Origin: a virus
Taxonomy: Duplodnaviria; Caudoviricetes
Virus record (IMG/VR): IMGVR_UViG_3300022876_000002
Reading direction: 5' to 3' (one strand)
DNA length: 64,000 nt
Within the stretch, counting starts at the first letter, position 1. Each line of letters begins with the position of its first letter. The notes beneath the pieces are model-generated. The model was not told where the DNA came from, ran no database searches, and saw only the letters and a program-made list of their open reading frames with translations. Below are positions 38,839 to 48,008 of this stretch, one piece after another. The position numbers and the translations under genes are program-made.

Positions 38839-39032
38839 TATTTACGCCCCATAGCTTCGAGAGCCAAAGCAAAACGTTCATTACTAAGACGACCGTACTC
38901 ATCATGCAAACGCTGACGTTCAACCGGATCTTTCTCTTGACGGTACTTAGCCAAGAGCTCAGCCTGCTGGTTCTCCAGCTTACGCATTTCAGCACGGAAA
39001 TTGTCGCCGGTAAATTGCAGGACCTTACCCAT
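38838..39032 (-). CDS. Small helical-hairpin protein with motif MGKVLQF (64 aa)
   Basis: TGATG-coupled; coiled-coil-like body. Confidence 0.7.
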   Translation of the reverse strand: MGKVLQFTGDNFRAEMRKLENQQAELLAKYRQEKDPVERQRLHDEYGRLSNERFALALEAMGRK

Positions 39033-39370
39033 CAGGTAATAACCTTTTCCTTGATGTGCTGAATAACCTCAGCCAGGCTGTTGTGTTGAGTAATTACCCG
39101 ATCACCAAGGAAAGCATTTTTGCGCCCCATCATGCATTGCCAAGTAACGTCACACTTGCTGAACACGCGAATGGTAACCCCATGGGATTCCATAACCTGG
39201 CAGTTAGGGCGTACTTGATGATCTACCTGCACGCCAACCCCGTGCTTAAAGCACTCGATTATCAGATCATTGAGTTCCGGGTCGTGCTTTTTCAGCTCTT
39301 CCAAAACTTTCTGATGCGCTTCAATCCAACGCTCTACGTAGCTGATGTGGTTACGGATTTCAGGACCCAT
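39032..39370 (-). CDS. Small hypothetical protein (112 aa)
   Basis: TAATG-coupled. Confidence 0.7.
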   Translation of the reverse strand: MGPEIRNHISYVERWIEAHQKVLEELKKHDPELNDLIIECFKHGVGVQVDHQVRPNCQVMESHGVTIRVFSKCDVTWQCMMGRKNAFLGDRVITQHNSLAEVIQHIKEKVIT

Positions 39371-39579
39371 TACTTAATCCCCAATTGACTTTTGATTTCA
39401 CCGATCTCGATTTTGATTTGGCCGCCACGAATAGCCGCCTGCTCACGCGTGTGCACATCAGGCGACGTACGCAGGATACGATCCCAGTAAGCAACCGTAC
39501 GCTCGAGTTCTTCAATACGGCTAAGCGCTACTACATTACGCTTCCTACGAAAAGCATCCATCTGGACAACTTGGCCCAT
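39370..39579 (-). CDS. Small helical-hairpin protein with motif MGQVVQMDAFRRK (69 aa)
   Basis: gaggt RBS before ATG 39579. Confidence 0.72.
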   Translation of the reverse strand: MGQVVQMDAFRRKRNVVALSRIEELERTVAYWDRILRTSPDVHTREQAAIRGGQIKIEIGEIKSQLGIK

Positions 39580-39586
39580 ACACACC

Positions 39587-39889
39587 TCAAATGTTGGTAT
39601 AAGGGATCTCGTTGTCGTAATCCCGTTTGAACTTTGCACCCAAGTCTTCGAAAGCTTGGAGCATCCCTTCGTTTTCTTCTACAGCAGTACTGACAATAGA
39701 CTGGAACTCATCGGAGATAACCGCGTCCCCTTGCATAGAGCGCCAGCAACCCAAAGCATACTTGACTGAAATTATCCGGGTCTCTACCAGATCCGGTAAA
39801 AGGAATCCTGGTAGCCCGCCGTACTCTGCCAAGATACGGTTGATTTCACGCCTGGCCTTCGCCGTGTAAATACTCAGTACGTTACCCAT
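39587..39889 (-). CDS. Small protein with motif MGNVLSI (100 aa)
   Basis: Overlaps the upstream stop (ATGGGTAA). Confidence 0.7.
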   Translation of the reverse strand: MGNVLSIYTAKARREINRILAEYGGLPGFLLPDLVETRIISVKYALGCWRSMQGDAVISDEFQSIVSTAVEENEGMLQAFEDLGAKFKRDYDNEIPYTNI

Positions 39890-40136
39890 GACGGTTCATC
39901 CACGGACAAGTAGGAGAGATAAATGCTTTAGGGAACTTAGTCCAGAAAGCATCACGAATTTGATTAGCCTTGTTTACACAAACAGTACCTTGTTTATGCA
40001 ACTCAGCTGCGAGCTCAGGGTCCGATGTCATAGTCGACTGGACGTAATACGAATTACCAGAAATAGTTAGCGCCATCACTTGGCTAACCATACGGGCACG
40101 TTCAAGAGACTCGTTAATATCAATTACCGGGTACAT
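39882..40136 (-). CDS. Small protein with motif MYPVIDI (84 aa)
   Basis: taaggag RBS before ATG 40136. Confidence 0.7.
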   Translation of the reverse strand: MYPVIDINESLERARMVSQVMALTISGNSYYVQSTMTSDPELAAELHKQGTVCVNKANQIRDAFWTKFPKAFISPTCPWMNRHG

Positions 40137-40159
40137 ACTGCTACTCCTTAGCTGTATAC

Positions 40160-40185
40160 AAAAAATTGAGGACCCGAAGGTCCCC
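40160..40185 (-). terminator. Intrinsic terminator (TTCG loop) inside the small-gene array
   Basis: Minus strand: ggggacc-ttcg-ggtcctc-aattttttg. Confidence 0.65.
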
Positions 40186-40192
40186 AAGCTTA

Positions 40193-40516
40193 CTACAGAC
40201 CGCGCCTGGCTTTCACATCATCGTGATGAGCCATTAACTCGCGGAACTCCTCGCGCAAGGCATCGTTAATAGCCCTACCCTCAGCAACCACCTTTTGAGC
40301 TTCTTCTTGAGCTTCGGCGTACTGAGGGGACAAAGCACCAAATGCTTTCAAAGCCGCACAAGACTTCTTAGCAGCTTCGATTTGGCGTTCAAGGATCTCG
40401 TTACGCACCCTTGTGGACTTTTCACGGTAGGCTCGTTGTGCATCCCTTACCGTGATCATTTCGTTCTTGGCACTGTGTAGCGAAAGATCAGTACCGATGT
40501 TAACTACTTTACCCAT
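40193..40516 (-). CDS. Small coiled-coil protein with motif MGKVVNI (107 aa)
   Basis: gaggt RBS; long amphipathic helices. Confidence 0.72.
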   Translation of the reverse strand: MGKVVNIGTDLSLHSAKNEMITVRDAQRAYREKSTRVRNEILERQIEAAKKSCAALKAFGALSPQYAEAQEEAQKVVAEGRAINDALREEFRELMAHHDDVKARRGL

Positions 40517-40530
40517 TACGATTACCTCGA

Positions 40531-40791
40531 TTACATAGCAGCCAGTTGTTGACGGAGTTCAGCCAGTTTACGACGTTCGTCATTGGCCATGGACAGCGCA
40601 ATGAACTTATCGTCCGCACGGGTAAACTCTTTGCTGAGATCCATGAAAGTCTGGATCTGATGCTCAACCCTTTCGATATCGCAGTTCAGTTCATACACTG
40701 CGATAACCCGATCACGGCGTGCTACGCGTGCGGCTTCTTTAGCCATAGCCATTGCATTTACACGATCAGCAAAATTGATTACGTTGGTCAT
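40531..40791 (-). CDS. Small coiled-coil protein with motif MTNVINF (86 aa)
   Basis: First gene after the promoter at 40847. Confidence 0.72.
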   Translation of the reverse strand: MTNVINFADRVNAMAMAKEAARVARRDRVIAVYELNCDIERVEHQIQTFMDLSKEFTRADDKFIALSMANDERRKLAELRQQLAAM

Positions 40792-40846
40792 TACCTTACC
40801 CTCAAGTGATTAGTAGATCAAATGATCTACTGCTACATTCATCCAG

Positions 40847-40854
40847 GTAATATA
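40847..40854 (-). promoter_or_regulatory. Early promoter TATATTAC
   Basis: Exact consensus (tcttggaccTATATTAC), intergenic, upstream of ATG 40791. Confidence 0.75.
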
Positions 40855-40874
40855 GGTCCAAGACTTTCCAGAAA

Positions 40875-41135
40875 TTAACCGGTCGTAATTCTGGCCATTA
40901 CGATTAACGGTTGTTTGTATTGACTGTTGTACAACGCTATAGCTTTTTTGATGTTACTCATTATCTTGCTAGCCTCCTGTATTAAGAAAGTGCGTTTACC
41001 TGGACGCCACCAAGGGCAATCAGCTGCTTCCTTAGCTAATCTAAGGTATTCAAACTGTGCCTCAGCAATATCCTTTAATAGCACTGTACGGTGTTCTAAC
41101 GTATACCTGTTCCTGAGTGATACAACTGAGCTCAC
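40875..41135 (-). CDS. Small protein with motif MSSVVSL (86 aa)
   Basis: GTG start with gggggt RBS. Confidence 0.65.
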   Translation of the reverse strand: MSSVVSLRNRYTLEHRTVLLKDIAEAQFEYLRLAKEAADCPWWRPGKRTFLIQEASKIMSNIKKAIALYNSQYKQPLIVMARITTG

Positions 41136-41286
41136 TATAAAACCCCCTACCCCGACAAAATTAGTCTAAAGAATTATAACACGGTTTTTAAATATTACTT
41201 TTATTTTTTAACCCTAATAACCAATTCTATTTTTAAGCAATGTTATGCCCAAACCCTTAAGGCGACCAGCAATCAGGAAAACCACT

Positions 41287-41853
41287 ATGGCCATCCCCAA
41301 CCAACAATTGGTGCTGGATAAATTTATCGAAGTAAACGTCGAACGCTACGCCGATAAACCAGCACTCGTGCAAATGTTTCAGACACTTACCCTCGGTGAT
41401 ATTGTTATCACTAACGGTAAGCGTGTCACAGGACCACAGGGGCAAGTTGCTGTTTCGTATGACATCGAAAAGGCCGGTGTATTCACCAGTAAGAACCAAA
41501 TGTTCTACGCTGCTGATGTCGCCATCCATGATGTCATGCAATGGACAGCAAATACCCCTGTCGCGGTAGACGATCTCCCGAAACAAACGGAAGGTTTATA
41601 CCTCGACACGGAAGGTAAAGCACACATCGTAGTAATGAAGGGCAAGAAAGAGGCAGAACACGTCCTAGACGTATTCATGGCCGGTGCTCTTTATGAAATT
41701 GGTAATGACGACACCGAAGTAAGCCCAGAGACCTTTGCTGTAACGGTTGACGGCCTTAATATCATTGGTGCTATCGAGACCACTGAAAGTCTCTATGACG
41801 ATATCCCTCGTTACAACGGCCAGTTCCGCTACGACGGTACCATCCGCTACTAA
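41287..41853 (+). CDS. Tail/baseplate-associated protein (188 aa)
   Basis: Start at ATG 41287 (agga RBS); C-terminal RYNGQFRYDGTIRY motif like baseplate/tail proteins; leads the fibre operon. Confidence 0.6.
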   Translation: MAIPNQQLVLDKFIEVNVERYADKPALVQMFQTLTLGDIVITNGKRVTGPQGQVAVSYDIEKAGVFTSKNQMFYAADVAIHDVMQWTANTPVAVDDLPKQTEGLYLDTEGKAHIVVMKGKKEAEHVLDVFMAGALYEIGNDDTEVSPETFAVTVDGLNIIGAIETTESLYDDIPRYNGQFRYDGTIRY

Positions 41854-41869
41854 TCCAAGGAGACCTTAA

Positions 41870-44800
41870 ATGGCCTTTAATGACGAAAACGTAGTCCCAG
41901 GCGACCTGCCGGCTATCGTCGAAGAAGCAAAATGGGAAGAGCACTTACCCGCCATTATCACCGACGTTATCGTCCGTGGTGGCGACGACGGTAAGGGCGC
42001 TTCCAACTTCCACGCTCGTGCACTCGATGCTCGTACCCGTTGGCTGAAAGAGCAACTGGAAGCACTGTCGCTCAATGGTCTGGTCCTGAAAGGTTACCTG
42101 CCTGACGAAGACACCCTGCTGGCCATTCCTACTGAAGATCTGCAGATTGGTACCTGCTACTTCGTAGACTTCGCTCTGCGTGCGTGGAACGGTACTGAGT
42201 GGGCTTCCTCGGGTTCCCTGCGCGGTGAGCGCGGCCTGAACCTCTTGGGTGTATGGCCTAATGGCGTGCCGCTGCCAGAAGTAGAAGATAACTTCGTAGG
42301 CGACGCCTACATTTGGAATAACGACCTGTGGATCCTGGTCCCACAACCTAACCGTTGGGAAGGCCTGGGTATCCGTGGTCCAGAAGGTGCTTCGGCATAC
42401 GAAGTCTGGTTGACTGTCCCCGGCAACGAGGGCAAGACCCAGGCTCAATACCTGAAGTCCCTGGAAGGTAAAGACGCCTACCAAGTAGCCGTGCGTAACG
42501 GCTTTGTTGGTACCGAGACCGAATGGTTGGCCAGCATTCGTGCTAAGTCCAACTACGAGATCTGGCTGCAACAAGGTAACGTAGGCACTGAGTCGGACTT
42601 CTTGGCTACCCTGAAATCTACCGAGCCGGGCCCTAAGGGCGACAGCATCAAAGGTGACAAAGGTGACCCAGGTGAAGACGGTCGCAGCGTAGCTGTTAAA
42701 GGCACTGTTGCTACCGAAGCTGAACTGGCCGGCATCGCAGATCCTGTTGACCAGGACGCTTACGTTGCCCAAGACACCAACCACCTGTGGATGTTCATCC
42801 AACCAGGCCCGGGCTGGACTGACCTTGGTAAGTTCAACGGTAAGGATGGCATCGTTGGTAAAGACGGTCGTAACCTGATCCTCACCGGTGCGGTTGACAC
42901 CTTTGCTGATCTCCCAGGTGATCCAGAAGACCAAGACATCTACTCGGTACGTGATACCAACACTATCTACGGCTTTATTGTAGACAAGTGGGAAGAACTG
43001 GGTAGCTTCAAAGGGACCGACGGCACCAATGGCACTAATGGTACCAACGGCACTAACGGTATCAACATCGTTCTGACCGGTACCGTGGCTACCATGGAAG
43101 AACTGCCAGAAGTGGCAGACGACCAGGAAGTTTACTCGGTAACCACCACCAACAGTCTGTACGGTCGCATCAAAGGTGTCTGGTCTTTCCTGGGCAAGTT
43201 CCAGGGTGAGAAAGGTGAACCAGGTGAGTCCATCAAGGGCGACAAAGGTGATCCAGGTGAAGACGCCAAGTACGTCACCCTGAAAGGTACTGTTGAAACC
43301 CTGGCTGATCTGGCACTGATTGCCGATCCACAGGATCAACAGTCCTACGCCGTACGCGAAGAGAACGCCATCTACACCCGTATCAACGGTGCGTGGGAAA
43401 AGATCGGTAAGTTCAAGGGCGAAGACGGTATCGTAGGTAAAGATGGTACCAACATTATCCTCAAGGATGTGGTGGCTACCTTCGAAGACCTGCCTGGTAA
43501 CCCTGTAGACCAGGACGTCTATGGTGTCCGTGACGAGAACGCGGTGTATGCCTTCGTCAAGGGCGCATGGGCCAACATGGGTGTCTTCAAAGGTGCCGAT
43601 GGTGAGAACGGCACCGATGGTACCGATGGTAAAGACGGCAAGTCCGTTGAGATCATTGAAGTACTCACTCCAGAGAACCCAACCCCTCCGGTAGCTGATG
43701 AATCCAACCGTGGTAAGTCCTATGTGGACCAAGACGGTCAAATGTGGATCAACGTCAACGACGAGTGGAAGAAAGCTGGTGCGCTGTCCGTTGGTGAAAA
43801 GGGTGCTATGGGCCCTGCCCTGAAACCACGTGGTACTGTTGCTACGGTAGCAGACCTGCCTCCACTTGGAGAAGTGGAAGAAGGTGACATGTGGTTTACT
43901 GCTGACACCAAACTGGCTTACGTCAAGGTGGATGACCAGTGGTCTGATCCGATCGACATGATTGGTGAAGAAGGTCCGGAAGGTAAACAAGGTACCCCTG
44001 GTGCCCTGATGCCTATCCTGGGTCTCTACAACACCATGGGTGAACTGACTGCTGCACACCCAACCGGTGTTCGTGGTGACGCTTACCTGATCGTTACTGC
44101 CGAAGGCCGTGACCTGGTTATCTGGAACGTTGACACCAACTCCTGGCAGAACACTGGTCCGGCCGGTCTGCGTGGTGAGAAAGGTGACACCGGTGAAGGT
44201 CTTCCAGGTAAGCAAGGTGATAAGGGTGAGAAAGGTAGTCAGTGGCTGATTCTCCCAGAGGGCCAGGACGAACCATCCAACGCCTTCAATGGTCGTGTGG
44301 GTGACTGGGCTGTTACCAAGAACCTGAAGGTCTGGTACAAAACTGCTGCTTCTGGCTGGGTGTTCTGGAACACCTTGGTGGCTGGTGACGTTAACTCGCC
44401 GCTGTTGTCGCAAGGTAAGGTGTTGCGTTATGGTTCTGAGTGGGTTCGCCCAGACGTCGAAGAAGTAGAAGGGCCTGTGGCTGGTGGTCTGTATGCTCGC
44501 CAATTGAAAGAAGGTTCTGAAGACGAAACCGAGTGGGTACTGATTGCCTTCCCTGAGTTCCCAGATGTACCAACCGCTGACGGTAAGCAATACGTCCGTG
44601 TGTGGGAGATCGGTGCTGATGAACCGACCTACAAGGAAATCGTTTTCCCTGAGTCGATTGCTGACCTGACGTTGAAAGACGACAAGCAGTATGTGCGTAT
44701 TTTCCCAGTTGGTTCGCAGAAACCAGAATGGCGTGAAATCGTGTTCCCTACTGGGGTAGCCGATCCAGCTGATCCAGAAGCCAACGCCACTTACTTGCGT

Positions 44801-45205
44801 AAGCCAAGCGATAAAACCTGGGTCAAGTTCCTGCTGCCTCCCGCCACTGCTGGTCTGCAGTTTGTGCAAATCGCTGGTGAGTGGAAGTCCTTCGACCGCT
44901 ACGACTTGCTGATCAAAACGGCCAACGCTACGCTGACCATCGATCCTGCAAAGGAACAGTTCGTGAAACTGGATAACTCCGGTGCCACGGCCAAAGTCGT
45001 TAGCATCAACAACCACGGTGCCACTCGTGGCATGTGCGTGGTGTTGGAAGTAGTGGGTGTGGCTGGTGCAATCAGCTACGGTGGTACCAACATCAAGTGG
45101 GATCAGAACACCATCCCTAGCTTGACTGGTACCAAGAACCTCATCCTGTTCACCTGGGATGGCGAAGTCTGGATCGGTTCCAAAGGTCCTGGTCTGCTCA
45201 ACTAA
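41870..45205 (+). CDS. Long tail fibre with collagen-like linkers and repeated beta modules, phiKZ gp146-like (1111 aa)
   Basis: aaggag RBS; G-X-Y runs (GPKGDSIKGDKGDPG, GTNGTNGTNG); six or more GTVxT..LP..DQDxY modules; DGKQYVR repeats near the C-terminus. Confidence 0.85.
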   Translation: MAFNDENVVPGDLPAIVEEAKWEEHLPAIITDVIVRGGDDGKGASNFHARALDARTRWLKEQLEALSLNGLVLKGYLPDEDTLLAIPTEDLQIGTCYFVDFALRAWNGTEWASSGSLRGERGLNLLGVWPNGVPLPEVEDNFVGDAYIWNNDLWILVPQPNRWEGLGIRGPEGASAYEVWLTVPGNEGKTQAQYLKSLEGKDAYQVAVRNGFVGTETEWLASIRAKSNYEIWLQQGNVGTESDFLATLKSTEPGPKGDSIKGDKGDPGEDGRSVAVKGTVATEAELAGIADPVDQDAYVAQDTNHLWMFIQPGPGWTDLGKFNGKDGIVGKDGRNLILTGAVDTFADLPGDPEDQDIYSVRDTNTIYGFIVDKWEELGSFKGTDGTNGTNGTNGTNGINIVLTGTVATMEELPEVADDQEVYSVTTTNSLYGRIKGVWSFLGKFQGEKGEPGESIKGDKGDPGEDAKYVTLKGTVETLADLALIADPQDQQSYAVREENAIYTRINGAWEKIGKFKGEDGIVGKDGTNIILKDVVATFEDLPGNPVDQDVYGVRDENAVYAFVKGAWANMGVFKGADGENGTDGTDGKDGKSVEIIEVLTPENPTPPVADESNRGKSYVDQDGQMWINVNDEWKKAGALSVGEKGAMGPALKPRGTVATVADLPPLGEVEEGDMWFTADTKLAYVKVDDQWSDPIDMIGEEGPEGKQGTPGALMPILGLYNTMGELTAAHPTGVRGDAYLIVTAEGRDLVIWNVDTNSWQNTGPAGLRGEKGDTGEGLPGKQGDKGEKGSQWLILPEGQDEPSNAFNGRVGDWAVTKNLKVWYKTAASGWVFWNTLVAGDVNSPLLSQGKVLRYGSEWVRPDVEEVEGPVAGGLYARQLKEGSEDETEWVLIAFPEFPDVPTADGKQYVRVWEIGADEPTYKEIVFPESIADLTLKDDKQYVRIFPVGSQKPEWREIVFPTGVADPADPEANATYLRKPSDKTWVKFLLPPATAGLQFVQIAGEWKSFDRYDLLIKTANATLTIDPAKEQFVKLDNSGATAKVVSINNHGATRGMCVVLEVVGVAGAISYGGTNIKWDQNTIPSLTGTKNLILFTWDGEVWIGSKGPGLLN

Positions 45206-45254
45206 GTAGGTTGGGGGTAGTAACCCTACCCCCGCCTTAACACAAGAGGTTTCT

Positions 45255-45911
45255 ATGACCATTGTAACTGCAAACACCCGCCTGATCTGCGTAGCGACCG
45301 GTGAGTACCCGGTGTTCCTGGGGCAGATGGGTTCCCGTTTGGTTGGTTCGTTCGGTGAACAAACCGAATCTGATCTGTTGGAAGAGTTCGGCTACCATGT
45401 GGTGGTTGACACTCCAGTTCCAGCAGGTGACGTTGTCATCGAGGGTGCCCCTGAACTGGTAGATGACGAATGGCGTCGTACTTACATCGTGCGTGCCTTC
45501 GACGAGATGGAAGTAAGTGCGCAGCTATCCAGCGAGCGCGCCCAACACCTGTCCAACATTGAACAGTTCCGGATTACCAATTTCGAAAAAGGGTTTCCTT
45601 GCCTGTTCAACGGCGGTACTGATCTTTACTACGTTCAGATTCGTAATAAGGATCTGACTTTCATTACTGCTCTGCGTGTACTGGCTAAGGAAGCACTCGA
45701 AGAAGCTACTCCGTTCAGTGTGGACTTCCGTGTATACGAAGACGTAGGGGTAACCCTGGATGCGGAAGAAGTAGTGCGCGTGTCGAACCTGGCTAACATC
45801 CATGTTCAAGAAGGCATGCGCAAGTACTGGGACCTGAAAGACGCTACTAAAGCAGCGACCAGTAAAGAAGCATTCCCGGAGATCCCTGCCGAGATGTTTG
45901 AACTGAAATAG
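45255..45911 (+). CDS. Tail fibre assembly/chaperone-like protein (218 aa)
   Basis: Follows the fibre gene; C-terminal helical segment ending in an acidic P..F tail, like fibre-assembly proteins. Confidence 0.6.
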   Translation: MTIVTANTRLICVATGEYPVFLGQMGSRLVGSFGEQTESDLLEEFGYHVVVDTPVPAGDVVIEGAPELVDDEWRRTYIVRAFDEMEVSAQLSSERAQHLSNIEQFRITNFEKGFPCLFNGGTDLYYVQIRNKDLTFITALRVLAKEALEEATPFSVDFRVYEDVGVTLDAEEVVRVSNLANIHVQEGMRKYWDLKDATKAATSKEAFPEIPAEMFELK

Positions 45912-45932
45912 CCCATCACTCCGTACCAAAAA

Positions 45933-45966
45933 TAAGGAGCTAGGTGGGTGCCCACCTAGCTCCTTA
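45933..45966. terminator. Hairpin/terminator
   Basis: Perfect 16-bp stem taaggagctaggtggg-tg-cccacctagctcctta. Confidence 0.65.
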
Positions 45967-45978
45967 GAGGGTTTTTGT

Positions 45979-48003
45979 ATGATTGAAGCATTACTACCAC
46001 GGAAAAGTGATATCTACCCTTGGCCGGGTGATCAGTATTTAGGCGAAGTTACCAGTGTTAATTTCATTGATGGTGTCGCTTTGGCATCAATGTTGGGATT
46101 AACTAGCGGACAGGTCTCTAACAGTGACGCAGGCTGGTTGAAGTTTAAAAAGCAAGAAGGCGAAACCCTCCTCGTTGCTAAGAAAACTTTACGCTACCGT
46201 TTGTCATGGAACCAATTAGAAGCAGCGCTGATCATGTACGGCGAACGTTTGATTAGCGTTCAGGGTAACACCTACAAAGTACGGTTGTTGCGCGGGGCCG
46301 AGAAAGACCCCACCGACTGGAACACGTCCATGTCACAGAACAACCCTCCAGAAGCAGCACCTTCTGAGTGGAACCGTTTAATCCACCGGGTAGCTGTAGG
46401 TAACCCTGGGTTAGCACCGAACTTTGTGGCATTCCCTTTGTCAGACTTGAGCATTGCAGTGTCCGCCACCGGGCGCATGACCCTGTGCCAAGAAGCCCTT
46501 GTCGAGAACGCTGGTAACGCGGTTGCTCGTGGCAATACCAACTTATCCGTATTTAACTACGTGCTTAAGTCCGATGGGGCTGCCTCAGCTGCACAAGATC
46601 ATTACGGCTGGCGCCCGGTGTTAGAGCTGGTAGGTCCTACCAAGTACTACCCTGGTTCTGGACCTGGTAGCAAGACGTTGGCATTTGGTAATGAACAGTT
46701 AGGCTTCTTCGGTGAAGTAGCTGCTTCGGAGATGGTGACCAATGCCCAATTGAAAACTCACTTGGGTCATGCGACAGGTACTACTCGTGCGGACCAAGGG
46801 TGGTTAAAGTTCTTCTATAAAGGTAAGGTTATCTTTATTGGGAAAAACACTTACTGTTCTGGGCTGACTTGGAACAACCTGTATGCGGCTGGCGGTATTT
46901 ACGGGACCAACGACAACGGCAAGTACCCAGCAGCTACTCCAGTAAATCAGTACAAACCACTGACCTGGAATAGCGAGAACAAAGTATTCAAGTTGATCCC
47001 TCGCGCCACGACTATGTCGGCTGACCCGTTTGAAAACGGTGACCCAGTTGCTTCGGATAACGAGTACTCTGATCTGCTGGGTCGGTTGATGGTGAACGTT
47101 GCGTTCCAGGGAAGTGGTCAGTGGGGACGGTATACCGCGGCACAGCTTAACATGAACATTGTTCATATGGGCCCTGGTACTCGCGGCTCTGCTCCTACCT
47201 TCGCGGCAATTCGTGGTTATACTGGTGGTACTAACTACACCAGTTTGCTGAGCCTTACTAAGGCAGATGCTAGCGGTTACAACCAACACTTCCGGATGAC
47301 CTTAGTCGTCGAGGGGGACCCTAACGTTGAGCCCATCTCAAGTAACTGGAATGATTCCTTTACTTTTGATCCAGGTAGCAGCGGGGTTTCTCTTAGCGGG
47401 AAAGCTAACGTTACTTCCGGCGTCATTCGAGAAGAGCCGCCATCCATTGGTGATGTAACGGTGTCCTTGCCGCTTGGTAACTTGGACAACATTACCTGGG
47501 AGTTTGATCAACCGCTTGATTTGTCGGCACGTGACTGGACTCTTGAATGGTCTTCTCGTAACGAGGCTAGTGTGCTGGCAGGCTACGTAGCGGATACTGC
47601 CTTGTTATCTACGGCAGGTTTAGAAGCTGTTTGCGCACGCTATGGTAACTCTGGGTATGGCGAACGCTTCCAGTTAGGTGGCAACATGGCTACGGCAGCA
47701 GTAGTCTGGAACAGTCGGTTTACTAAATCAGCTGTTAACGGGGTACTGAAAAACTACGCCTTGGTTTCGGTTGCTGGACAGATCTCTCTGTACGTCGATG
47801 GCGTGAAAGAGATATTAGCCAACGGAACAAGTTCGAACTACACTGCCGCCTCGTTTGCTTCTAACGCTTCCCTGACTGCAGTTAAGTATATTAGACTGGG
47901 TGGTTACGGTGCAAACGCCATTACCATGCCAGCTAAACGTGGTAAAGCACGGTTCAGCCTGTTTGCTCGTTATAGTGACAACTACACCCCAACCCCTTTC
48001 TAG
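45979..48003 (+). CDS. Tail-tip/fibre protein with two gp131-like domains and a C-terminal LamG/concanavalin-like domain (674 aa)
   Basis: Repeated GPG..L..G....GFFGEV / WLKF / GWRPVLEL domain; C-terminal WTLEW...YALVSVAGQISLYVDGVK...IRLGG lectin-like pattern. Confidence 0.7.
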   Translation: MIEALLPRKSDIYPWPGDQYLGEVTSVNFIDGVALASMLGLTSGQVSNSDAGWLKFKKQEGETLLVAKKTLRYRLSWNQLEAALIMYGERLISVQGNTYKVRLLRGAEKDPTDWNTSMSQNNPPEAAPSEWNRLIHRVAVGNPGLAPNFVAFPLSDLSIAVSATGRMTLCQEALVENAGNAVARGNTNLSVFNYVLKSDGAASAAQDHYGWRPVLELVGPTKYYPGSGPGSKTLAFGNEQLGFFGEVAASEMVTNAQLKTHLGHATGTTRADQGWLKFFYKGKVIFIGKNTYCSGLTWNNLYAAGGIYGTNDNGKYPAATPVNQYKPLTWNSENKVFKLIPRATTMSADPFENGDPVASDNEYSDLLGRLMVNVAFQGSGQWGRYTAAQLNMNIVHMGPGTRGSAPTFAAIRGYTGGTNYTSLLSLTKADASGYNQHFRMTLVVEGDPNVEPISSNWNDSFTFDPGSSGVSLSGKANVTSGVIREEPPSIGDVTVSLPLGNLDNITWEFDQPLDLSARDWTLEWSSRNEASVLAGYVADTALLSTAGLEAVCARYGNSGYGERFQLGGNMATAAVVWNSRFTKSAVNGVLKNYALVSVAGQISLYVDGVKEILANGTSSNYTAASFASNASLTAVKYIRLGGYGANAITMPAKRGKARFSLFARYSDNYTPTPF

Positions 48004-48008
48004 GATAA

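Noticed and set aside
41191-41198. AATATTAC on the + strand ahead of the fibre operon
   Set aside because: Mismatch in an AT-rich gap, lacks the shared upstream block, and points at late genes
43015-43065. Short 9-bp-period repeat (GTN GTN GTN)
   Set aside because: A collagen-like coding repeat with synonymous variation; not a phase-variable tract or CRISPR
41945-45277. 1110-aa ORF antisense to the tail fibre
   Set aside because: In-register shadow frame caused by codon bias in the sense gene; the translation is Thr/Val/Phe/Leu-rich with no motif or RBS
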